This document shows, one piece after another, positions 1-6,343 of a stretch of 10,028 nt of DNA. The notes under the pieces were generated by a model. The model did no database searches. It was not told where the DNA came from and saw only the letters and a list, made by a program, of their open reading frames with translations. This DNA is from Candidatus Diapherotrites archaeon CG08_land_8_20_14_0_20_30_16. GTDB lineage: Archaea; Iainarchaeota; Iainarchaeia; Iainarchaeales; 0-14-0-20-30-16. The DNA is taken from contig PEXK01000008.1 of NCBI GenBank assembly GCA_002779075.1, positions 1 to 10,028 on the forward strand, read 5' to 3'. Positions within the stretch are counted from its first letter, which is position 1. Every line of letters starts with the position of its first letter. The position numbers and the translations under genes are program-made.

Positions 1-219
1 TATGCATTAGTAGGCTATGGTTTGCTTTGGTTATTGGCTCACTTTTGGCTTTATGGCATAATGAACTATTATGTTATGAAAGTAATCCAAGCTGTATTGT
101 TCACTATCTGGTATAGCCCCATATTATGGAAAATAGAAAAAGAGCATAGGATAATAAAGATAATTTGGGCAGGTATTAAAGGAAAAATAAAAGGAAAAGA
201 ATTGAATATTGAAATGTAA
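1..219 (+). CDS. 3-prime end of a CDS entering from upstream of the window; hydrophobic, aromatic-rich membrane protein tail of unknown function (its position next to wecB/wecC suggests a surface-glycan membrane component)
   Basis: Frame 1 is open from base 1 to the TAA at 217-219 (YALVGYGLLWLLAHFWLYGIMNYYVMKVIQAVLFTIWYSPILWK...). The listed 22..219 ORF is only the part after the first possible start. The hydrophobic stretches look like TM helices. The stop lies 15 nt before wecB. Confidence 0.4.
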   Translation, partial: YALVGYGLLWLLAHFWLYGIMNYYVMKVIQAVLFTIWYSPILWKIEKEHRIIKIIWAGIKGKIKGKELNIEM

Positions 220-234
220 TAAGAAGGGGTACAA

Positions 235-1329
235 ATGAAAATTATATTAATTGCAGGTACTAGACCTAATTTTATGAAAATTGCGCCTTTGTTAAAGGTT
301 TTAGAGTCTAATGATAACAAAAACTATTTTGATGTTAAATTAGTACATACAGGTCAACATTATGATCCTAATATGTCAGAAATATTTTTCCAAGAATTAG
401 CTATTAGAAAACCTGACTTTTATTTGGGTGTTGGTTCAGGAACACATGCTGAAATATCTGGTAAAATAATGATGGATTTAGAAAAGATACTTTTAGTTGA
501 AAAACCAGATTTGATTGTAGTTGTTGGAGATGTAGATTCAACAATGGCTAGTGCAATAAGCGCTAAGAAATTACATATTAAAGTTTGTCATGTTGAAGCA
601 GGACTAAGAAGTTATAATGAACAAATGACTGAAGAATGGAATAGAGTAATAACTGATCACATTTCTAATTTATTATTTGTAACTGAAGAATCAGGGCCTA
701 AAAATTTAAAAAAAGAAGGAATAAAGAAGAATGTTTATTTTGTTGGAAATGTAATGATCGATAGTTTATTTAATTGTTTAGATAGAGCAAAGCAAAAAGA
801 TACTTTACAAAGATTAGGTTTGCAAGAAAAGAAATTTATTTTTTGGACTATGCATAGACCAGAAACTGTTGATTATAAAGAATTATTACAAAAAGGTATG
901 AATATATTATATGAAGTTCAAAAGAAAATTAAAGTGGTTTGGCCTATTCATCCTAGAACTAAAAAAAGATTGCAAGAATTTGGAATTAAAACTGATTTTG
1001 AAAATGTTGTTTTTACTGAGCCTTTTGGTTATTTGGATAGTGTTAATTTAGAATTTAACGCTTTATGTATTCTTACTGATTCTGGCGGGATGCAAGAAGA
1101 AGCTAGTGCCTTGAATGTTCCTTGTTTAACTATGAGACCTCAAACTGAAAGACCAATAACTGTTAAATTAGGTACAAATATTATTGTTAATTTAAACAAG
1201 AAATTAATACTAAAAAATTTAGATTTAATATTAACTGGAAAATATCCTAAAATGCATTCTAATATCCCTTTATGGGATGGGAAAGCGAGTGAAAGAATTG
1301 TTCAAATCTTAAATGGGTTGAAACAATGA
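235..1329 (+). CDS. wecB: UDP-N-acetylglucosamine 2-epimerase (non-hydrolysing), WecB/MnaA family
   Basis: 364-aa ORF. The blocks MKIILIAGTRPNFMKIAPL, HTGQHYD, GVGSGTHAE, PDLIVVVGDVDSTMA and HVEAGLRSYN..EEWNRVITDH are hallmarks of this family. An SD-like GAAGGGGT sits at 223-230, just upstream of ATG 235. Confidence 0.9.
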   Translation: MKIILIAGTRPNFMKIAPLLKVLESNDNKNYFDVKLVHTGQHYDPNMSEIFFQELAIRKPDFYLGVGSGTHAEISGKIMMDLEKILLVEKPDLIVVVGDVDSTMASAISAKKLHIKVCHVEAGLRSYNEQMTEEWNRVITDHISNLLFVTEESGPKNLKKEGIKKNVYFVGNVMIDSLFNCLDRAKQKDTLQRLGLQEKKFIFWTMHRPETVDYKELLQKGMNILYEVQKKIKVVWPIHPRTKKRLQEFGIKTDFENVVFTEPFGYLDSVNLEFNALCILTDSGGMQEEASALNVPCLTMRPQTERPITVKLGTNIIVNLNKKLILKNLDLILTGKYPKMHSNIPLWDGKASERIVQILNGLKQ

Positions 1330-2591
1330 AGATTTGTGTTATTGGGCTAGGATATGTAGGGTTGCCAATTTATTTTCAAGCCAAATTCAAAGGCTTTGAT
1401 GTATTTGGGTTTGATGTTAACAAAAAGAAAATAGAAGAATTGAAAGATGGAATAACTGAAATAAAAGGTAGAATTCCTGAACAAGGTTTTGCAAAGTTTA
1501 AAGAAAATGATTTTACTTTTGATGTGACAAGACTAAAGGAGGCAGATGTTTATATTATCTGTGTTCCTACTCCAATAGATGAATTCAAAAACCCAGATTA
1601 TAGTTTTGTTATTGGGGCAACACAGTTAGTCATAGATAATGGAAAAAAAGGGTGTTTGGTTTGTGAAGAATCAACTGTTAATCCAGGAACTATGGAAGAA
1701 ATAGTAATGCCTCTTTTTGATAAAGCAAATTGGATAGTTGATAAAGATTATCATTTAGTTCATTGTCCGGAGAGAATTGACCCAGGAAATGAAAACTATG
1801 AGGTTGATAATATTCCTAGATGTATTGGTGGTTTGACTGAAAAATCTTTGGAAAAAGGTTATGAATTATATTCTAAACTGATTGATGCCCCTATTAAGAA
1901 AATGAGTTCTATAAGAGCAGCTGAAATGACTAAAATTGTAGAGAACACTTTTAGAGATGTAAATATTGCTTATGTGAATCAATTGGCAAAGATTGCAGAT
2001 GTAATTGATGTGGATATAAAAGAAGTAATTGAAGGTGCTGCAACTAAGCCTTATGCATTTATGCCTCATTGGCCTGGAATAGGTATTGGTGGGCATTGTA
2101 TTCCTGTTGATCCATATTATTTAATTGAATATTCAAAACACAAAGGTTTGGACCCCAAATTTTTATCTTTATCTAGGGAAGTAAATGATTCTATGCCAAA
2201 ATATAGTGTTGGTAAAGTTCAAGAAATCTTAAATGAATTAGGAAAGCCAATGAAAGATACAAAAGTTCTGATTTTGGGTTATTCTTATAAAGCAAATGTA
2301 AGCGATGAAAGAGAAACTCCTGCAAAAGAAGTAATTAAGATATTAAAAGAAAGGCTTGCAGATGTAAAAGTATATGATCCCTTTATATTAAACAAATCAG
2401 AATTTAATAATTTGCAAGACGCATTGAATTGGTCTGAAGCAGTAATTTTATGTACTGCTCATAATGAATTTGTTGATAATGTTCCTAAATTAATTAAAAA
2501 TAATGTTATTTTATTATTTGATGGTAGAAATGTATTTGACAAAGAATTATTTGTTAAAAAAGGAATTAGATATAAAGGTATAGGACGATAA
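1326..2591 (+). CDS. wecC: Nucleotide-sugar dehydrogenase of the UDP-glucose/GDP-mannose dehydrogenase superfamily, probably UDP-N-acetyl-D-mannosamine dehydrogenase (WecC/Cap5O-like)
   Basis: 421-aa ORF overlapping the wecB stop by 4 nt (ATGA at 1326-1329). It has an N-terminal Rossmann motif MKICVIGLGYVGLP, the catalytic-Cys block GIGIGGHCIPVDPYYL, and a C-terminal ILGYSYKANVSDERETPA. Substrate is inferred only from pairing with the 2-epimerase. Confidence 0.8.
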   Translation: MKICVIGLGYVGLPIYFQAKFKGFDVFGFDVNKKKIEELKDGITEIKGRIPEQGFAKFKENDFTFDVTRLKEADVYIICVPTPIDEFKNPDYSFVIGATQLVIDNGKKGCLVCEESTVNPGTMEEIVMPLFDKANWIVDKDYHLVHCPERIDPGNENYEVDNIPRCIGGLTEKSLEKGYELYSKLIDAPIKKMSSIRAAEMTKIVENTFRDVNIAYVNQLAKIADVIDVDIKEVIEGAATKPYAFMPHWPGIGIGGHCIPVDPYYLIEYSKHKGLDPKFLSLSREVNDSMPKYSVGKVQEILNELGKPMKDTKVLILGYSYKANVSDERETPAKEVIKILKERLADVKVYDPFILNKSEFNNLQDALNWSEAVILCTAHNEFVDNVPKLIKNNVILLFDGRNVFDKELFVKKGIRYKGIGR

Positions 2592-2596
2592 TTAAA

Positions 2597-2657
2597 ATTA
2601 TTCCAACAACTTACTAATAGATCTATTGTGATTCAAATTGAAAACAACTTTTGCAAA
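2597..2657 (-). repeat. Displaced copy A of the prs 3-prime end (pseudo C-terminus ..FAKVVFNLNHNRSISKLLE-stop)
   Basis: 55/61 nt identical to 6344-6404 with no indels. Reading frame and TAA stop are retained. It starts 5 nt after the wecC stop. Confidence 0.85.
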
Positions 2658-2854
2658 TCCTTTATAACTAATTTGCATTATTTGATAATTTAACCCAAGA
2701 TTATAAACATAATAAATGGCAATTTATAATCATTTAAGCGAAAACACATATAAATATATTATTTATAGGATTATAATGCGAGAACGCCAACCTAAAGGTA
2801 CACCAGGGTAGAATCCATTTATAAACAAATCCTATATTAAATACTTTTTGTTAT

Positions 2855-2907
2855 TTATAAGCATATTTCCGAAAAGGTATATAAACATTTCGATTTTATG
2901 CTTATAA
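2855..2907 (+). promoter_or_regulatory. 53-bp palindrome centred on a TATA-like box (arms TTATAAGCATA / TATGCTTATAA; inner CGAAA / TTTCG); candidate operator/promoter copy 1
   Basis: Perfect 11-bp inverted arms at 2855-2865 and 2897-2907, symmetric about base 2881 inside GGTATATAAAC. It contains the 23-bp core CGAAAAGGTATATAAACATTTCG (2870-2892), which recurs exactly at 2976-2998. Confidence 0.5.
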
Positions 2908-2965
2908 TTAAAATTGTAAGTGGTTTTAGACATAATTTCTTAAACATAAAAACCAATAATTTATT

Positions 2966-3008
2966 ATCATTTGAGCGAAAAGGTATATAAACATTTCGCT
3001 CATATGAT
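2966..3008 (+). promoter_or_regulatory. Promoter/operator of the 547-aa gene: BRE/TATA-like CGAAAAGGTATATAAAC embedded in a 43-bp palindrome
   Basis: The arms ATCATTTGAGCGAAA (2966-2980) and TTTCGCTCATATGAT (2994-3008) are reverse complements with one mismatch. They are symmetric about base 2987 in TATATAA, which lies 27 nt upstream of ATG 3014. That spacing is typical of an archaeal TATA box driving a leaderless mRNA. Confidence 0.55.
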
Positions 3009-3013
3009 TTTAT

Positions 3014-4657
3014 ATGAACAATTCTACAATAAAAGTTTTGGAAGTAATATTGCGAAAAAATTATGAATCTTTAAAAGAATTTAATCGAGACCTTGGTTTA
3101 AGTTTAAGTACCATAAGTGAAGCAATATTGAATTTAAAGAATTATAGCTTTGAATTTGATAACTCAGGCTATAAACTAATATCTAATAAAATGCTTACTA
3201 ATTTTAATAATTTATTAAATAATTATAATTTAAATATATTTAAAGATGCCAGAGAATCTATTTTGTATTCGTTGCTATTTTTTAATAAATTAAATGATAT
3301 ATCTGGATATGTTAATCTTTCAGATATTCACATTTTACGAAATTTAAATTATTTGCGTGAAAAAGGTGTAGTATATATAAAAGATGAAAGTTATTTTCTG
3401 AAAGAAGATCTAAAGCCAATTATTAAAGATATTTTTGAAACTATAATTGCCAAAAGCCAAGAATCAGATGCAGAATTAATAATAAAAAAAGGAATTATTT
3501 TTAAAATACTCCCTAAAGGTAAATTGTTACAAGGGAAATTAACCGCATTTTCTAAATTTAATGATTATGGGTTAATTTATTATACTGTATCTGATTATGG
3601 TGTAGATACCAAAGAACAATTATCAATAGAAGATATTTTTGTTCACGCTTTATTATTATCTAATTCTAAAAAAGATCTTGTATTATGTACTTGTTTTTAT
3701 CTAAAAAATAAATATAGATTAAATTTGACAAAATTAAGAAAGAAATTATCGCATTTTGAAATATATCCTGTTTATGAAAAAATGATTGATTATATTCGTA
3801 CGGGTGCTGATTTTGGTTTATTCTTGCCAAAGAAAGAATTTATCAGAATTTTAAATGAATATGACTTGTCTTTAGATCTCTTAACTCATAAAGAAAATTT
3901 AATCTCTTTTTTTGAAGATTTAGAAAAATTAATAAATATCCCGTTGAAAGTTTATTTGATTGGTGGTTGTAATTTAGTATTGAGGAATTTAAAGAATGTT
4001 ACTAAAGATATTGACGTTATTGTAAACTCCGAAACAGAATATCTTTATTTAGAGAAAATACTATTATCATTACAATTTGTTAGAGATACTAAACTTTCAA
4101 ATCAGACTGAACATTTACGAATAAGAATGGTTTTTAAGAAAGATAATAATCAAATAGATGTTTTTGTAAAAAGAGTTATGAATCAAATATTTTTAAATGA
4201 TTCTATGATTAAAAAAAGCGAAACAAAAAATTTTGGAAAATTAGATATAAAATTAGTTTCTTTAGAAGATATAATTTTATTTAAAGCAATTGCTGGTAGA
4301 GAAGGGGATATCGAAGATATATCTCGAATTATTGAAAGAAAAGATATAAATTGGAACTATCTATATAATCAATTCATATTACAATTTGATAACTCTAATG
4401 ATTTGTTATTTTTATCAATATTAGATACATTTGATATTATTAATAAAACAAATCCAATTCCAATTTTAAGTAAAATAGAGAGATTTGTTTTGGAAAAATC
4501 AATATTATTTGTTTGCAAAACTCCTAAATCCATTCCTAAAATTAAAAAAATATTGGAATTCCCAGATCATACTATAAGAAATGTAATAAATAAGCAAGTA
4601 AAAGACGGATTATTAAAATCAATTCTGGGAAAACCTATGTTATTCCAAACAATTTAA
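3014..4657 (+). CDS. Multi-wHTH / nucleotidyltransferase fusion protein (AbiEi-like regulator region fused to a polymerase-beta-fold NTase, plus a C-terminal wHTH); family not recognised
   Basis: 547-aa ORF. Two N-terminal wHTH-like segments are present (..LKEFNRDLGLSLSTISEAILNLK.., ..NLSDIHILRNLNYLREKGVVYIKD..). The NTase signature is IGGCNLVLRNLKNVTKDIDVIV (nt 3959-4024; G-G/S x9-13 D-x-D), followed by a third acidic motif QIDVFV and a helical LEDIILFKAIAGREGDIEDISRII. The C-terminus is wHTH-like (..IPKIKKILEFPDHTIRNVINKQVKDGLLK..). The protein is colinear with the 276-aa plus 230-aa pair downstream. Confidence 0.6.
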   Translation: MNNSTIKVLEVILRKNYESLKEFNRDLGLSLSTISEAILNLKNYSFEFDNSGYKLISNKMLTNFNNLLNNYNLNIFKDARESILYSLLFFNKLNDISGYVNLSDIHILRNLNYLREKGVVYIKDESYFLKEDLKPIIKDIFETIIAKSQESDAELIIKKGIIFKILPKGKLLQGKLTAFSKFNDYGLIYYTVSDYGVDTKEQLSIEDIFVHALLLSNSKKDLVLCTCFYLKNKYRLNLTKLRKKLSHFEIYPVYEKMIDYIRTGADFGLFLPKKEFIRILNEYDLSLDLLTHKENLISFFEDLEKLINIPLKVYLIGGCNLVLRNLKNVTKDIDVIVNSETEYLYLEKILLSLQFVRDTKLSNQTEHLRIRMVFKKDNNQIDVFVKRVMNQIFLNDSMIKKSETKNFGKLDIKLVSLEDIILFKAIAGREGDIEDISRIIERKDINWNYLYNQFILQFDNSNDLLFLSILDTFDIINKTNPIPILSKIERFVLEKSILFVCKTPKSIPKIKKILEFPDHTIRNVINKQVKDGLLKSILGKPMLFQTI

Positions 4658-4708
4658 ATAAAATTGGCAAAACATGGAATTCTTTATAAACAATTTCACT
4701 TTTTATTA

Positions 4709-4780
4709 ATTATTCCAACAACTTACTGATTGAAACATTGTGATTTAGATTGAAAATAACTTTTGCAAAGTCTTTTGCAA
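4709..4780 (-). repeat. Displaced copy B of the prs 3-prime end (pseudo C-terminus ..AKDFAKVIFNLNHNVSISKLLE-stop)
   Basis: 68/72 nt identical to 6344-6415 (59/61 over the first 61) with no indels. Frame and TAA stop are retained. It ends in an inverted repeat, TTGCAAA-GTCT-TTTGCAA. Confidence 0.9.
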
Positions 4781-4801
4781 TGCTAATCTCTATTTTGGAC
4801 C

Positions 4802-4855
4802 TAAGTATACCAGTATAGGAGTTATTTATAAGCTTTTCCTATCTTAGTATACTTA
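4802..4855 (+). promoter_or_regulatory. Promoter/operator of cassette 2: concentric inverted repeats centred on TTATTTATAAGC
   Basis: The outer arms TAAGTATAC (4802-4810) / GTATACTTA (4847-4855) and inner arms ATAGGA (4815-4820) / TCCTAT (4837-4842) share one symmetry centre at 4828/4829, inside TTTATAAG. That centre is 26-27 nt upstream of ATG 4855. The 12-mer TTATTTATAAGC also occurs at 2851-2862. Confidence 0.5.
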
Positions 4856-5685
4856 TGTTAAAGAAAGGAGAATTAAAAGTACTTTTGGAATTAATAAGTA
4901 AAAAGCAAAAAGATTTTAAATTAAGTGCATCTCAAAGGTATCTTTTAATGAATTCTTTAAAAACTAAAGGTGTTTTACTTAAGAATTCAACAATATGTTC
5001 TGATTTGATCTTAAAAATGTTGTTACTATGTGAGAAATACCCCAAATTACAAGAATTAATCTGTGATGGAAAATTATCAATATTATTTATTCTAATCAAT
5101 CCAAAATCTTTAGATGACCTAATTTTTTTAACACAATACACAAAAGCATATATATTACGAGTAATCAAAGAATCAAAAAGAATAGGTTTGGTAAGAAAGA
5201 TTGAAAACAAATATGTTCTCAATTCGGAAATATGGCAAGAATTTATTTCTATTTTGCCACATTATATGAGTATTTTCATGCAAGAATATAATGTTAATAA
5301 AGAAGCAAATCTTTATTATATTTCACCAAAGAAAATATTGTTTTCGTCTAAAAAGAAATATTCAGATTATTATATTGCTTCATTTTCTATATTACATAAA
5401 CACAATTTATTGATATATACTTTGGAAGAATATTATTCAAACATAAAAACAGAACAAATATTAGATATATTTAGAGACTTGCTTCTGGTTTTAGAAAAAG
5501 ATACTGATCATAGATTAAAAACCATTGCAGTTTTGTTTTATAAAAAATATGAATCATTATTAAAAGATCTAAATCTTTCTTTTGTAAATGATGTTAAATT
5601 AGTTTTAAAAGGACAAAAAGTTGCTGGTTTTTTGCCATTAAAGGAAATAATTGAAAAGGGCGAAGTTTATGATATCGAATTTTGA
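4855..5685 (+). CDS. wHTH-containing protein, paralogue of the N-terminal half of the 547-aa protein (AbiEi-like candidate regulator/antitoxin)
   Basis: 276-aa ORF. wHTH-like segments are ..SASQRYLLMNSLKTKGVLLKN.. and ..TKAYILRVIKESKRIGLVRKIENKYVL... Blocks EQILDIFRDLLLV, LFYKKY and GFLPLKEIIEKGEVYDI align with LSIEDIFVHALLL, CFYLKNKY and LFLPKKEFIRILNEYDL of the 547-aa protein. The ATG sits at leaderless distance from a TATA-like box. Confidence 0.6.
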   Translation: MLKKGELKVLLELISKKQKDFKLSASQRYLLMNSLKTKGVLLKNSTICSDLILKMLLLCEKYPKLQELICDGKLSILFILINPKSLDDLIFLTQYTKAYILRVIKESKRIGLVRKIENKYVLNSEIWQEFISILPHYMSIFMQEYNVNKEANLYYISPKKILFSSKKKYSDYYIASFSILHKHNLLIYTLEEYYSNIKTEQILDIFRDLLLVLEKDTDHRLKTIAVLFYKKYESLLKDLNLSFVNDVKLVLKGQKVAGFLPLKEIIEKGEVYDIEF

Positions 5686-6343
5686 ATCAATAAAATCTTT
5701 ATTTGTAGAATTGGATAAAAATGTAGAATCAAAAATAAATGTTTATATGCTGGGTGGCGGGGCATTATTGTTTTATGGTTCAAAACCAGAAACCAAAGAT
5801 ATTGATTTAGTTTGTGATGCAAATGATTATTTCAAATTATATTTTGCTTTAAAAAGAATTGGGTTTATTGCAAAAAATCCTTCAAGAGGGTATTTGAGAT
5901 TAAATATTGCAGAAATATTAGTGCGAGATGATTTTAGAATTGATTTATTTAATAATAAAGTTTGTGGTAATTTATCCTTAAGCGACACTATAAAAACAAG
6001 AAGTAAATTAGCTATTGATCTAAAAAATCTTAAACTTTATTGTTTTTCTCCAGAAGATATTTTTGTTTTTAAATCAATTACAGAAAGAGATGGAGATATA
6101 TTAGATTCAGAAAAAATAATTCAAATAGGTATAGATTGGAGTATTATATATTCTGAGATTTTATCACAAATCAAAGAGCATGACAAAGAAGCATGGGTTA
6201 CTTATTTTGTTGGAAGATTAGAAGCACTCATAGATAAAGGATTTGATATACCAATTTACAAAGATTCTAGAAAATTGGCAGAAGAATATTACGATCAGTT
6301 AGAATCAAGAATAACAAAGCTTAAAAAACAAAAGAGAATGTAG
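5651..6343 (+). CDS. Polymerase-beta-fold nucleotidyltransferase (AbiEii / DUF-type minimal NTase-like), paralogue of the C-terminal half of the 547-aa protein
   Basis: The ORF opens at TTG 5651, but the likely start is ATG 5669 (or entry by frameshift from the upstream ORF). The NTase signature is LGGGALLFYGSKPETKDIDLVC (nt 5750-5815), with a third acidic motif RIDLFN and PEDIFVFKSITERDGDILDSEKII matching the fused paralogue. It overlaps the upstream ORF by 17-35 nt. Its TAG stop at 6341-6343 lies 1 nt from the prs stop. Confidence 0.65.
   Translation: MKRAKFMISNFESIKSLFVELDKNVESKINVYMLGGGALLFYGSKPETKDIDLVCDANDYFKLYFALKRIGFIAKNPSRGYLRLNIAEILVRDDFRIDLFNNKVCGNLSLSDTIKTRSKLAIDLKNLKLYCFSPEDIFVFKSITERDGDILDSEKIIQIGIDWSIIYSEILSQIKEHDKEAWVTYFVGRLEALIDKGFDIPIYKDSRKLAEEYYDQLESRITKLKKQKRM

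Noticed and set aside
22-219. Stand-alone 65-aa ORF
   Set aside because: The same frame is open back to base 1, so this is better read as the C-terminal tail of a longer membrane protein that begins upstream of the window.
69-320. 83-aa minus-strand ORF
   Set aside because: It is antisense to the membrane-protein tail and the wecB start. The sequence is low-complexity and I/F/N-rich, typical of a shadow frame in AT-rich DNA, with no motifs.
1866-2096. 76-aa minus-strand ORF
   Set aside because: It lies entirely antisense within the well-supported dehydrogenase gene and is a shadow ORF.
2778-2816. GC-rich patch ..CCAGGGTAGAATCC.. as a tRNA 3-prime fragment (T-arm-like GGGT..GAATCC), which would be a classic att site
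   Set aside because: No complementary T-stem strand follows (CCAGG is not matched by CCTGG), and no acceptor stem or anticodon arm can be drawn. The resemblance to GGTTCGAATCC is partial only.
2898-2990. 30-codon ORF (MLIIKIVSGFRHNFLNIKTNNLLSFERKGI) between the two palindromes
   Set aside because: Its ATG lies inside the right arm of the upstream palindrome, upstream of the transcription start predicted from that TATA box. Its stop lies inside the next TATA box. The composition is what AT-rich non-coding DNA yields by chance.
4932-5222. 96-aa minus-strand ORF
   Set aside because: It is antisense within the 276-aa wHTH gene, whose frame is supported by paralogy with the 547-aa protein. It has no motifs.
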